64,000 nucleotides of DNA from Proteromonas lacertae (GCA_002245135.1 NGBS01001185.1:1-64000), one strand, 5' to 3'; shown: positions 11,715 through 25,861, numbered from the stretch's first letter. Program-made: numbers and translations. The notes: generated by a model not told the origin, from the sequence alone.

Positions 11715-14700
11715 ATGTCTTCTCCTAAAAGAAAGAGTATATAAGAATATTTAATATCACAATAGGAGAAGAAGATAATTCAGTTATAGATGCAACAGAT
11801 AAACAAATTCAAAGTGTAAGAATTTTCCCAAATCTAGAGGTTGCTGAAATTATCTTTCTTCATTCAAATGTACTCACAGTTATCAATCCATTAATAGTTT
11901 GTACACATTTAAGAAAGCTAGATCTTGCTTTTAACTCTATAGTCACTATTCCCCCATATACATTTTGGGAACAGTTATCAGCTCTTCAAATACTTTATTT
12001 ACATCACAATAAGATAAATGATTGGTCCAATTTAGAGTCTTTAAAGCCATGTACGAAGCTGCTATATTTAACCATGTATGATAATCCTATTTGTAAATAT
12101 GATACATTGAGACATTTTGTAGTGAATGCAATACCGTCATTAATTGCTTATGACAATTATATAATCTCAGATGAAGAGTGTGTTGAAGGTATGACTTATT
12201 CACCTCCATTTAATGCATTTAACGACAAATTTCTGTTACCACCACCTCAATATCGTGCCAATGTTGGTGCAAAAGCTCACAAATATGCATTGAAGAATGA
12301 AATTAGATTATTGCTGTACAAACGTTCTAGATTATCTCCAATACTAATATTGCAACGATATTGGCGTGGATATAAAGTAAGAGCTGGATTTAGAAAGATT
12401 AATAGAATTCGTAAGTTAGGAGCAGTAAAATTCCAATCACTGTGGAGAGGATATTATAAAAGAAAATGTTTGAAGCAGCAGCTGAAGGAATATCTTGATA
12501 GAACAGGTCAATCAGAGTTATTGCTAAATGAGTCAGAAAGAATGATAGTAAAAGCGGTAAAATACTTGCAGAATAAATACCGTAGTATATTAAGAGCTAG
12601 AGCGATGACAAAGTTGTTATTTATCACACAAAAGCTATTTATGAAATATAGAAGGATTTGTAAAACTTGGAGCAATTTTTTCGAATCTTTAGGAGCACCC
12701 ATTTTATATTTTCCTCAAAAATCGTATGATATGTTATTGGATTTAATCAGTAAAGTAATACCAAAAACAATAACAGATTATAATTGTAAATCAAAAGTGA
12801 AATTATCAAAATATTTAATAAGAAATGATTGGGATGTTAATTATGAAGATGATGAGATTCAAAATACAAATACAAAGGGACAAGTGTATTTCTGTATTCC
12901 TGACAGTATATTGGAGAGAATGAAAACATGTGGCAATAAAAGTAAGAAAATGTTTGCTAATTTCTATGGTAGAAAATATCCAGCTATTTATAGTATGAAA
13001 AATAACGAAATTAATAAGAATATTGATATATTTAAACCACTGGTATATATATATTATATATAAATACACTTTTTTTGTATTTTTTTGTATTTCATGTATT
13101 TATATGTATAAATAGATGCAATATGCTTCAAACAATGTTAAACATATTATTTATAATAATTTAATCTCCCCAAGATGTTCACACAAATATAACACCAAAG
13201 CTAAATCAAATCCAAAATCCAAATCAGAAAAATCAGAGTTATTTATACCATTATATCAAATAGAATTACCTAATAATGAAATATTATCAAAACTAATGAG
13301 AATATTGTATCGTTACCCAGAATTCCCTCGATCAGGTATTTTACACCAATGGCAATTACAACAGATATATAATGTTACAAAAATCCAATCAGTGTTTAGA
13401 TCCTATGAAAGACGATATGTTGTAGCAGGAACAATTATTGAAAAAATGATTGAAACACGAGCAGTGGTGTTAATACAAAGATGGTATAGAATCTGTGGTT
13501 TAAGGAAAAAACTTACATTGCATATTATATTAAAACAATATTTAGAAATCCTTCGAGAAAATGCAAGTAAAAAATTATACATCAACAGGAAACAGTATCG
13601 ATATTTAACTGAAGCAAATTTCACCAATCAAATTGAGATGGATTCTCAAGCTAATAATATGTTAGTTACATTTAATGAGAATAATCGTGCAATTATTATA
13701 CATTATCGTAGTAATCCATATGTCCCAATAATTCCACTGTGGATGAATGCAGTAAATTATGGTCCTGGGAAAATACCTGTTTATCAAGGGAAAGAAATAT
13801 TCCAACCATTGTTATTTCGAGGATGTAAAACTCAATTGAGAAATAGAAATAATTTTGAACCACTTTCTAATATTTTAAATCATAATCATCATAATAATAA
13901 TGAAGAAGAAGAAGAAGAAGCAATGGAATTTGTAGAAATTGAATTTCCATCTATTACTGAAGCCATTGCAAGGTGTATGATAATATGTTCATTAACATGG
14001 ACTCATAAATATAAAGATTTTGCTCCACTTTATCCTATTGAAGTATTGAAAGATATGAAAATTATTAAAAGTGTTTATCTACAGAGATTATATACTTGTC
14101 CATCAGCATGGTTGAATAGAATATGTTATGGTATTTATCCTGTTAAAGAAAATAATAATAATCGTAAAAGTAAAGTGATTGTAGATATTCCAACTACTTC
14201 GATCACTACAACAAAATCTAAATCAGTACCATCATCACCTATTAAACAACAACAACAACAAATAACATCTGTTAAAAGTAATACAACCAATACAAATACA
14301 AATACAATTAATACAAATACACCTAATACAGATGTTAATACAATCAATACATCTTCACTGTTAATCCCTTCATCTCCTCGTCCTGTAATAAACCGTCCAA
14401 CAACACCATCACCTTCTTATAAATCTTATAGAAAATATAAAAATAAACAAAACATAAAAACTCCTCCAATTTCATTAAATGTTGAAGGAATAGATATGAT
14501 CAGATCTTCTCAAAAACAAACTCATTCTCAACACAAACCAAAGGAGAGATACTTGATAGAAAAAGATGAAATAGTAAATACAGTAAGAATGGAACATATG
14601 GAAGTCAATAATCGAATTATATATAATAATAATAAACAAATGCAAGAGAAATTAAAACTAAAAAGATCAGTTGTTGATAAAAACATTAAAAGAGAAAGAT

Positions 14701-15356
14701 TGAAGAATTTTAGAAGATTTTTAGATGGTGCTTATGCTGAACCTTCCTATCCCAATGAAACAGTAGAAAGACAGAATTATAACAATGATTTAATGACTGT
14801 AGCAAAGACTCAATATATACGAGAAGAATTGAATAACAATAAAGCAATCTTATTGGATGAAAAAGAGGAGTATTTAAATGCATTGAAAGATCATTTAAAT
14901 GATGAAAGAAATAAAATTAATAAATTAAGAAAGGAAGCAGATGAGAATGAAGAAGATATGATGAATAGAATTCAAATGCAAAAGAATAAAAACAGGATTA
15001 AGCAAGTGAGAGAGAAGAATAATAGATTAATAGCTTTAGAAATAAATAGAAGGCAAAGACAATATGTAAGGACAGTTACTCAGAACAATATAAGAACTTT
15101 GAAAGAAAATAGGTTAATTGAGATACAACAACAAACTGCTGAGAGAAAAGCCATAGAGGAAGAAGAAAAGAACATGGTGCACGATGCTCTGTATGAGAAA
15201 TATGAATCGTTGAGAGAAAGAGTGAGAACTCAAAAGAGTATGATTGATAAAGAGATAGCTGAAAGTAAAGCTATAGATCCACATATATCTGTATCTATAA
15301 AGAGGAAACAACCACCTTATACCCATCGAATAATTAAAGATCCCAATTCAGAGTGA
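11715..15356 (+). CDS. LRRIQ3: Leucine-rich repeat and IQ-motif protein (LRRIQ3-like) with coiled-coil C-terminus
   Basis: Spliced N-terminus LRKLDLAFN...FWEQLSALQILYLHHN...LTMYDNP...RHFVVN...YIISDEE resembles LRRIQ3. IQ motifs LQRYWRGYKVR, FQSLWRGYYKR, IQSVFRSY. Introns at about 11737-11765 and 13043-13115. Confidence 0.75.
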
Positions 15357-15581
15357 TATCTTTTAATCATATTTTCCATATTTTTGAAATGATGTTTATG
15401 TTTGTGTGTGTTGACGGATAAACACAATTGAATAAAATTAACTGAAAAACAAAGTCAAGCCAAACTTTGCATTTTATAAATTCATAATTTTAGGGTTTTT
15501 CTCTAAAATTAGCAAGTCTTTTTACAACTTCTTTGTCACTTCTGTGCCACAGCAACAAATATAATATATTTTTGGTAAAAT

Positions 15582-16146
15582 ATGTCTGTTGTTGATAAAA
15601 GAGGTATAAATTTTTATGTAATCATACTTTAGTCAAATTTGACCCACTAGAAAATAAATCATATCCGTATAATATATATTTTATATCAAATGTAGACCAA
15701 CAGAACTGAAATCTCCTCCAAGGCCAAGAATAGGTTCATTACCTGGTCCTTCCTTCGATCTACCAGATTTCTCCCTGCCTGAAATAAATATTGATTCTAA
15801 TGCACCAACCTATACCAATCTAAAGAGATCTCTTATTCACAGATCACAGTCAAAAAGAGATATGGATACAGTAGCTCCAGATGATATAATAGAAGAAAAA
15901 ACTTACCCTTCTTCATGCCCTGCTCAATTCTTCTCAATACTTGGTTCAAATAATAATAAAGCAAGTTCTCATAAAATAGATGATATGCCGATAGGTTCCT
16001 TGACAATATTATCATTATTAGAAGATCCAGCAGTACCTGAAGCTGATGATGAAGATAGTCACACTCCTGTTGGCGCAATTCATGAAGATGATGAAGATAA
16101 TTCAGGTTCAGATGATGATGATAGTGATGTATTTCTTGTGGATTAA
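15582..16146 (+). CDS. Small disordered protein with N-terminal KRVKF (RVxF-like) motif and acidic tail
   Basis: Two short GT-AG introns join MSVVDKRVKFDPLENKSYPPTELKSPPRPR... in frame with ORF 15862-16146. Confidence 0.65.
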
Positions 16147-16791
16147 ATAGGTAGAGTGTATTTAATTTTTATGAAATAAAAAAATAAAAATATAAAATAT
16201 TTTTATTATTCTGTATGTGTAATATTATTTGTATTGTTTTTGTTTTTTTTTGTTATAGAATTGAAATATATAATAAATATATATACACAAGATGATAAAT
16301 AATACATCTATATAATATTAAATCAATGATTGAGTTGTTTGCCTAATGATACATATCAAAAAAAACATTAAATTGATAAAAATTGATTATATATAAAAAT
16401 TAAATTAATAATGCATTTCATTTGGGTCAAAATCTTGAACATAAGCAACAAAGTCGGGAAAATATATTTTATCGTCTTTATTCTTGTTGAAAAACATAGA
16501 ACATTCTCTTAATTCATCAGGATCCAAAGTAACACCTAATTTTGAATCAAGTCTGACAAACATGAAATAGGTATAACTCTAAACAGATTATGAATGATTG
16601 AATACCCTTTATGATCTATATCAAAAGTCTCGAAAATCGTTGATAACTCTTCTTTTTCAAACATTAAAAATAAAAAAACGGAATTACGGTAAATTTGTCA
16701 TTTTGACTTGAGAGTTACAAACAGTTTTATTTTTGCAGTTCCTTGATTCATTTCATCAATTTTACTCATTAATATTTTTCAGATTGTATAA

Positions 16792-17906
16792 ATGGAATTA
16801 AGAGTCGGGAAGAAGTATAAATTAGGCAAGAAAATCGGGAGTGGTGCATTTGGTGAAATTTATCAAGGTACTAATGTTACGACTCGTATTTTCGGTGTAT
16901 ATTTATTAAATAATAGATGAGGAAGTAGCTATCAAGCTTGAACTAAGCAGGACAAGATATCCCCAACTATTTTATGAATCTAAGTTATATCGCATATTTC
17001 AAGGAGGTGTAGGTATTCCATTTGTTCGTTGGTATGGAGTGGAAGGCAACTATAATGTGATGGTGATGGATTTACTTGGACCTTCACTTGAAGACTTATT
17101 TAACTATTGTAATCGAAAATTCAGCTTAAAATGTGTGTGTATGATAGCTGATGCCTGTATTAGTCGTATTGAACACATTCATTCGAAAGGATTTATTCAT
17201 CGAGATATAAAACCCGATAATTTTGTAATTGGCTTAGGTTTAAGAGCCAAAATAATTCATATAATCGATTTTGGTTTAGCGAAAAGATACCGAAACCCCA
17301 AAACTCACACTCATATTCCTTATAGAGAAAATAAACATTTAACTGGAACACCAAGATATGCTTCATTAAATAATCATTTAGGAATCGAACAATCGAGAAG
17401 AGATGATTTAGAATCATTAGGTTTTGTATTATTATATTTTTTGAGAGGATCATTGCCATGGCAAGGACTAGCTGCAACTATATCTTTTTTTTTTAAATTA
17501 ATTAAATTCAAAAAGAATATTTTATTTTCTTTAATTTATAATGTAAAATAAGAAACAAAAGTATCAGAGAATTATGGAAAAGAAAATTCATGTAACATTT
17601 GAAGAATTATGCAGAGGATTTCCAAACGAATTAAGAACTTACTTCGAATACTGTCGAGCCTTAAGATTTGATGATAAGCCTGATTATTACTATTTAAAGA
17701 ATTTATTCAAAGATATAATGGCTAGAGAAGGATATATGAACGATGGATTCTTCGATTGGTTTGATCCTTCTGTAGCTCATAGTCCTAAGTATTTACCAAG
17801 TCATTGTCCAGATATGAAAGACATTTTAAAGGCTGCTCCATACACCAGTGAAGTTCCAAGTGATATTCCACCTCCAATAGATGATGATGATACTACAGCT
17901 ACATAA
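16792..17906 (+). CDS. CK1: Casein kinase 1
   Basis: [69 protein letters not shown]. One GT-AG intron and one non-canonical intron (17480-17546). Confidence 0.97.
17480..17546 (+). other. Putative U12-like intron with AT-AA termini (67 nt) in CK1
   Basis: Removal restores WQGLAATNKKQKY at the conserved CK1 spacing. Donor ATATCTTT, branch-like TTTTCTTTAAT at 17525-17535, ends TGTAA. Confidence 0.75.
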
Positions 17907-18159
17907 TTATTATTATAATTATTAAATAAAAATAAATATATAACATATATATAATAAATAACCTCTAAAGATACATCAATATATTCTTTACATAAATTAG
18001 AAAAATATAAATAATAAAAAAAATAACTTTTACTAACTATATTATTATTATTATTATTATAAATATGTTTTTATGTAAAGATAAACAAAAATTTGACCAA
18101 TTAATAAAATAAATTCGTTTCATTCGTTTTTGGTTTTAAAAATTGAATAAGAGAGTTAG

Positions 18160-19579
18160 ATGTTATCTATCAAAATATTAAAAGAAATAAGTGAATCACA
18201 TGAAGATTTTGAATTTGATGTTGTGAAAAGTAATGAAGAAGAGAAAGCTATTAGTGAGAGTGAGACGAGGTATATGATTATAGTATTATAAATTATATAG
18301 ATTACAGACTGATGTGAAATATTTCCCAAATATCAAATCTCTAGGTGGTTATAGTCAGTATTTAGGTGATTTAAAGGGAAATAATGATGAAGCTCAAGGA
18401 TTGTATGAAAAAGTATATTGTAGAGTATATATATATGAAATAGATGGAAGAGTTAAGACCATGTGAAGAAGAGAAATTGTCATATTCACTTTATTTAACG
18501 TTTTATGGATCCTTTTTAATGGAAACTACCAAAGAATATGAGAAAGCTGAAGATTTGTATATTTTCTATTTATATAATTTAATAGATTCAAAAAATCTAT
18601 AGAAATTTATCCAAATAATCCAATAGCTGTAGGCAATTTAGCCTATTTATATCACTACAAGATAAGAGATTATAATCAAGCAGAAGAATACTATTTAAAA
18701 TCAATATCTCAATTTCCAACTCAATCTTCAATATTATTAAAATATGCAATATTTCTAAAACAGGTCAGGAAAAATTATACTAAAGCAGAAGAATACTTTA
18801 AATTGGTATAAATTTATAGTAAATTTATAGTTAATTAGGCGATTGAAAATGATCCTGAGAATGCAGACTGTTTAGGTCATTATGCAGTCTATTTACACTC
18901 AATAAAACACGACTATATCAATGCAGAATCATTATATTTGAAATCCGTAAAAATAGACAATCAGAACATCAACAATTTATGTAATTATGGATTATTACTA
19001 GCCGAAGTAAAGAAACAATATGATGAAGCTGAATTCTACTATAAATCCGCTTTAAAAATCAATCCACATCATATAAACACATTATACAATTATGCAGTAT
19101 TATGCCATTCATCTAAAAGGAATTATAAATTGGCAGAACAGTTGTATAAGAAAGTAATAGAACTAAATCCAAAACATGGATATGCTTTGTATAATTTAGC
19201 TACAATAGAAGAAGATAAAAATCAGAATCATAAAATTGCAGGTTATTTGTTTAAGAAAGCATTGGAAATACTACCAAATGATATATCATTATTTTTTTCT
19301 ATTATTTTTTTGTTTTGTAGTTTTTTCTTTAATTGTTTTTTCTTTTTTAACCTTTAGTATGTGGAGATTATGCAAATCATTTAAGAATTGTATATATTAT
19401 CTATTTATTTATTTATTTATAGTATGATCATGATATTAAACAATCTCAAAAGCTCTTTGAAAGATCAATTAAAACTCTCAATAACAATATAACAATCTTA
19501 TTTAATTATTCATTGTTATTATATTGCGATTTACATGATTATATTCAATCAGTTCATTATTTACATCAAATATTAGTAG

Positions 19580-19611
<32 letters not shown>

Positions 19612-20216
19612 GTGTTCATAGTTAAATCCTTCATTTATTCCAGCAATTTCACTTTTAGCTATTTATTATAGTGATATAGTGAGAGATTATGACAAAGCTG
19701 AAGAATTCTTTATAAATGGATTAAAGAAGAACAGTTCAAATTCAACTTTATATTTGAATTATGCTGACTTTCTATTAGATATAAGAGGAAATCCAAGTGA
19801 TGCTACAGTATACTATGAAAGAGCACTTCATTTTGATAAGAATAATATTTATGCCATTCACAATTACAGTGAATTTCTGTTGAAAGAGAATAGAAACGTA
19901 GAGAAAGCAAATGAGTTGATTAAATATGGTTTGAAGATAAGTAATCATAATGAGTTACTATTGAGTTTATATGCTAAAGTATATATCTATATATATGTTG
20001 ATATTATATGAATAGATGCAATATTTGAACTATAATGACCCATTTACAGCCGAACAGTATTTCAAGAAAGCTTTAAAATACAACCCTACTAGTCCAATAG
20101 TATGCCAAAGATACAGTAAGTTTTTGAAGGATATAAAACAAGATGAAGAAGAATCTAGCAAATACGACAAGATGGCGAAAAGTAGTTTAAGATTTGAATT
20201 AAAAAAGTTATATTAA
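18160..20216 (+). CDS. Multi-TPR repeat protein
   Basis: Repeated TPR units (YA..L....dy.kAE.yykkAl...P) across many short introns. Confidence 0.88.
19283..19350 (+). other. Putative U12-like intron with AT-AA termini (68 nt) in the TPR gene
   Basis: Removal gives LEILPND|PLVCGDYA, matching the spacing of YPNNPIAVGNLA in the same protein. Donor ATATCATT, branch-like TTTTCTTTAAT at 19323-19333. Confidence 0.65.
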
Positions 20217-20708
20217 TTGTTTTTTGTTTATATAATTGTTGATGTTGTTGTTATTTGAGTTTTAGAACAGAATTAAAACAATCGGATGATTGAACCGATT
20301 GTTTGTTATTTCATCTTTTAAATAATTAATTAGATGGTCATATAATCATATGTTATTACTTTTTCAGGAGGACATTTTTTTAGAACGGCTGTTCAAATTT
20401 TTAACACCCTATTTCTAGTGGCGTTACAGCCTTTATATTAAATTTCTTCAAGATATAGATAAGTAATTAAGAGTTTCTGAAACTATCTGTGAATTTCGTT
20501 TACTTATGATTAATTCATTTTGACATTAGTTTTAAAATTGATGTCCAAACAAAAGTGCATAATATCTGCATTTAGGACCTCCAATTATTTTCGTAATAAT
20601 ATGTTTATTTAATGAAAAAATAAACAAAACATTTTCACAAAGCAAACCTCAAGTTTGAATGATTTTAAATTTTTTATTTTTTAAGCTCCTTATTTAATAG
20701 ATGAATAA

Positions 20709-21165
20709 GAAATATTATTATGTGGTTTTATGATTAATATACAAAGACAGAGTGGTGCTAGAATTAAAATATAGTGAATATGTTACATATTAGAAGTGAT
20801 CTCAAAGAGAAGTCCAAAAAATGAATTAGAAATATTATTATGTGGTTTTATGATTAATATACAAAGACAGAGTGGTGCTAGAATTAAAATATAGTGAATA
20901 TGTTACATATTAGAAGTGATCTCAAAGAGAAGTCCAAAAAATGAATTAGAAATATTATTATGTGGTTTTATGATTAATATATTATTAACAAAGACAGAGT
21001 GGTGCTAGAATTAAGAATAAATATAGTGAATATGTTACATATTAGAAGTGATCTCAAAGAGAAGTCCAAAAAATGAATTAGAAATATTATTATGTGGTTT
21101 TATGATTAATATACAAAGACACAGTGGTGCTAGAATTAAATTACAGTAAATGTGTTACATGTTAT
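20709..21165 (+). repeat. 120-bp tandem repeat (about 3.7 copies) inside the left end of the MULE
   Basis: Unit AGAAATATTATTATGTGG...GTCCAAAAAATGAATT starts at about 20709, 20829, 20949 (with small insertions) and 21080. Confidence 0.92.
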
Positions 21166-21946
21166 TTTATGGTTACTAGTCATTATGGATAATTTAATTA
21201 AAATATGAAAGAGAATATTGTTTTTGGTTGTTACAATTAATTTGTATATGTAGATGAAGTAATATACTAACAATGTTGATGATAAGCGTCGAGAATTATA
21301 GCAGAATTAGGAAAGATGTTTGAGAAGAAGATTTATTGGAATTTAAATGGTGAATCTGACCCACTCACTGGCTTTTAGTTATTTAGCAAAGGAAAGAAAA
21401 ATAACAGTAACAACAACTCTAGTAATAAACTTAATAACTTATTCTAATAGCCATTAGATTATTATGAAAATATTTTATAGTTTATTAATAAAAAAGTGTT
21501 AATAAGTGTTTTTAAGCTATGTTAGTTAAAAATTACTTCAAAAGGATTGAAATTGATATTTTAAATACTATGATAATTTGTTACTGTGATATTAATTTCA
21601 TTTAATAATAAATTAGTATTAGAAAAGAAGAGAATATGAGATTATATGATTTATACTTCACAACACCATAAGAATTTAATGAATTAGAATGTGATTAGAG
21701 AAGTGTATTATCAATATAGATAATAAGAAATTGTTATTCAATGAAGATAATAATATCAATAAAACAAAAGAAAATATTAATATATATTATTACAGTTTAT
21801 ATGAAGAATGTAAATACATGATAAAAGAATGAATAAATGATAAAATATTGATAGTATAATGGTATAGTATTTGAATAGATATTCAAGATAAAATGATAAA
21901 ATCGTATAATATAACCAATATACTTATATAATATTATAATTAAAAT

Positions 21947-23598
21947 TTAGTTTAATTTCTTTCTTTTATTCTTCTTTTCGTATGAACATTCAATCCTCTT
22001 TGACATATAAATTGTTCTTTTTGTAGAGATATTATTTATATAGTTTAAAGTAGCATCATCTTGAATTATTTTATATCCTTCCTCAGAATTACTTATGAAT
22101 AAATATATTGCTGTTATTATTATCTCTGATGCTTCTTTTTCAATATTGATATAATCTTTTGCTATGAATTTTTTAAATTCATTTTCTGCTATTTTATCAT
22201 ATATATAATTGATTAGTGATTGGTATATTTCTGTTATTGTATCATCTTTAATACTTTGTAACATAGATGAAAAATATGATTTATGAATAGAAGCTTTTAA
22301 TTTGACAAATTCTTCTTCATCAATGTTTATGTTTTCATAATTAATAATGTTATTATATACCTCTTTTTCATTTAAATTTTTTTCTATACTTTCTGCTACT
22401 TCTGTTGGATAATGAATTTTACTGAAATAACAATCTGTAATTGGTATACTACTAAAAAAGTAACTTTTAAAACACTCGTTGCATATTAATTTATAAGTAT
22501 CCACTTTTATATCAAATTTTACTTTAATATAAAGCATATGCGAACATGGTATTCCTGTTACCATTCTATATCCACAATTACAGCTAATTACATCATTATT
22601 ACAACTTACAATATATTTATCATTCTCATTCTTCAAAATATACTCGCTTTTTTCTTCATTATACCAACATTCATAAATTGAATCGCAAAGAATTGAACTT
22701 TGATAAATGAAATTTGCAGCACATTCATCCCACAGCATCGAGGATATTTCATCTAATTTATCGTTATTAACAGTAATGATTTCATTAATTATTTTATATT
22801 GTTTTTTGTAGATGTCTTCCAATACTGTCAATACTGCATCATATCTGGATCTACGATGTTTAAGTGAACTTTTAATATAATGATTTAATGCTTCAACTGC
22901 GCTAGTGCTATGGCATCCATATATACCCATTTCAGAAACACCATCTTTTGTAAAATACGACTTATATTTATCACTTGTATTTTCTACAATTATTTCTCTT
23001 TGCAGTGGATTGGTTATATAATTATATAAAATACTTTTTAATGCTTTATCTCGAATATATATTAGAAAGTGGCATATAAAACGGCAAGCTCTTTGTCATG
23101 TATAACACTTACTATATTGCCGTTTGTATTAAGTTTTTGATATATAAAAAGATATGTGGATTTGTCTTTTTTTCTAGTTATTGCAAAAGCAACTAACAAT
23201 AACTTGTGTGGTGCTATTTGCATATACACTAGATACAGTTGCATATTATTCAAAAATACATTGAAAGTTCCATCACAAACCAAAGTCGAATATTTTTGCA
23301 CCCTTTCTTGGTCCATAATAACTAAAACTGTATCTTGATTTTTGTATACAGTATATTTTTGTTCAACATTAAAGAAAAATCTTCGCATCCCTTCTTCTTC
23401 ATTTCTTAATTCTTTTTTGAAATTAATAACTTTTGTTTTTATCTGCTTTTCTACATTATTAGTTATTCTATATCTATCCTTAACTGTTTTAATAATATTT
23501 GGCAATAATGATTTTGTGTTCTTAGCCATTGAAATTACTTCATTTTCAATATCATTAGTCAATTTATAAATTGTTCTTTTATCTATAATTCTATTCAA
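21947..23598 (-). pseudogene. MULE transposase with SWIM zinc finger, interrupted
   Basis: CDGTF (D1), VIHDKE (D2), STSAVEALN (E), SWIM CNCGYRMVTGIPCSH. Stop at 23062 and no C/DxxH motif seen. Confidence 0.85.
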
Positions 23599-24447
23599 CT
23601 TATGATTGTGAGATTTAAATTCTACTATTATTTCTTTAGTATAATCAACCTTAACACAAAAATTACAGCTTTATTTCAAAAACAAACAACAAAACTAGTA
23701 GAAATGCAATTCTTAATCAACCAAAATTTCCCCCAAATACCCCTTTATTTTATTATTAAAAAAGAATTATTGAGGATAATCTATCAACACTATGTAGTAT
23801 TCTATACAAGAAGAAAAATAAATATGTGTATAAATAGCACATCTAAGATCTGTCTAAAAGAACATCTTCACTATATTTTAATTCTAGCACCACTCTGTCT
23901 TTGTATATTAATCATAAAACCACATAATAATATTTCTTATTCATCTATTAAATAAGGAGCTTAAAAAATAAAAAATTTAAAATCATTCAAACTTAAGGTT
24001 TGCTTTGTGAAAATGTTTTGTTTATTTTTTCATTAAATAAACATATTATTACGAAAATAATTGGAGGTCCTAAATGCAGATATTATGCACTTTTGTTTGG
24101 ACATCAATTTTAAAACTAATGTCAAAATGAATTAATCATAAGTAAACGAAATTCACAGATAGTTTCAGAAACTCTTAATTACTTATCTATATCTTGAAGA
24201 AATTTAATATAAAGGCTGTAACGCCACTAGAAATAGGGTGTTAAAAATTTGAACAGCCGTTCTAAAAAAATGTCCTCCTTTTTCAGATATAATATAAATA
24301 CTAATATCCAAAATTTTTTGGATATAACATACAGTTTTGATATTGAAAAAAAAACATATGATTTAAATGATAGTTATTAATAATCATATCAATTGAAGGT
24401 TTTAGACACAAAGATATTCCAGTCTTTTTAATAGCATTATTTATTCT

Positions 24448-24690
24448 TTAATAATTGTCAAGCGAACTGATGCATTTGTTTAATATTCTATTTTTATAGT
24501 AAAGTTTTAGGGAAGCTATAGTGCCTTGATCCAAAGGTTGTAAAAATGAAGTAGAATTTGGAGGAAGATATAATATATCAACATTTTTATAATTTGAAAT
24601 ACGAGGATAACCAGAAAAATTATCCATTATTAGTAGAATTCTTTGATTTTTATATTGTTCAGGTATATTAAGAATTAAATATATTTTAAT
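24448..24690 (-). pseudogene. pogo/Tigger-type DDE_1 transposase fragment
   Basis: ILLIMDNFSGY...ILYLPPNSTSFLQPLDQGTIASLK, the typical pogo-family motif. Confidence 0.85.
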
Positions 24691-25118
24691 ATCCTTTTTC
24701 AATTTAAAAATGTATTTTGGAACACCATATTCTATAACACTTCAATGTCACATATTAAGAAAAATTAGAATCAATATTTTGAATTAACTACTTCAATTGA
24801 TATGTGTTTGTTTAGGATCTAACTTAACATAATTAAAAAAACTCTTTAGTTACAAAATAAAACAGACAAATATATATTAATAATAATAACTCATAAAAAT
24901 GAGAATATAACATATATATACTAATTAGCGTATTTATATTCGCATTTTTAAAAAAAATAAAAATCAAGCCTTCAAGCTTTTTCTTCTTTTTCTTTTTTGA
25001 TTTTGCAAAACACCAGAGAAATATTTGTTAATAAATGTATCTCAAAAAGTTGATCAATATTCAAACATACAAAATAAACAATACAAAGAAAATTGTTGAA
25101 ATTATTGTAAGTAATTAC

Positions 25119-25810
25119 TCACTCAGACTTCTTTTGAACTACACCTACCTTCGCTGCTCGCAATACTCGATTGTTGAGCTTATAACCAATGCTAATAACT
25201 TGACCCACTCTATCTGCTTCAACCTTATCACTTGGCATATTAAACAATGCATCATGTATTTTAGGATCAAATACATCTCCAATTTCACAATATTTTATGA
25301 TTTTGTTTGATTTCAATACACTATCTAAATCTTTTGAAATCAGCTTTATTCCATCTACAAATTGAATACAGTCCTATTTTATGAATATTATATTATATTA
25401 TATTATACTCCTTCTATCTTCTTTGGTATGTTTAATAGAGCTAAATCAAAAGCATCAAACACTGGTAATAAATCTTTCACTAACGTTTTAACTCCATACA
25501 AACGAGCTTCACTTACATCATTCTTTGCTATTTTACGAGTATTCTCCATCTCAGCTAATAAACGAACATTTCACTTCTGTTTCTTTGGGGAGCATATATA
25601 CATCTTTCATTTCAATTACATTCATTATTTTCTACTTCATCAGCAAAACTTAGATAATAGAACGAAGGAATTGTGTTAAACATTCTTGAATAGTGACTAA
25701 AGTAAACAAATTTACATCCATTCTATGCATCATGATTAGCTCTACACACTCTCCTAATCTAAACAATAGAAGATTAATAATACAATTTTTATTGAAGAAA
25801 AATAATTCAT
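25119..25810 (-). pseudogene. grpE: GrpE pseudogene (internal deletion, premature TGA)
   Basis: 3' part is nearly identical to 40340-40825. The 5' part is diverged, has an in-frame TGA after ENNECN and has lost the intron-2 region. Confidence 0.85.
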
Positions 25811-25861
25811 TTAATTATTTGAAACGGATAAGATTTAGAAACATCAAACTTAAGTTTGAAA

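Larger units (their letters stand above)
20368..24277 (-). mobile_element. Mutator-like (MULE) DNA transposon, 3.9 kb
   Basis: About 410-bp near-perfect TIRs (20368-20778 and about 23867-24277), 9-bp TSD CTTTTTCAG at 20359-20367 and 24278-24286, internal MULE transposase. Confidence 0.95.

Noticed and set aside
13043..13115. 73-nt LRRIQ3 intron as a third minor-type intron
   Set aside because: Ordinary GTATAT donor and TAG acceptor, with no TTCTTTAAT branch motif.
20709..21165. 120-bp array as a CRISPR-like or coding repeat
   Set aside because: No unique spacers, stops in the frames examined, and it is continuous with the MULE TIR.
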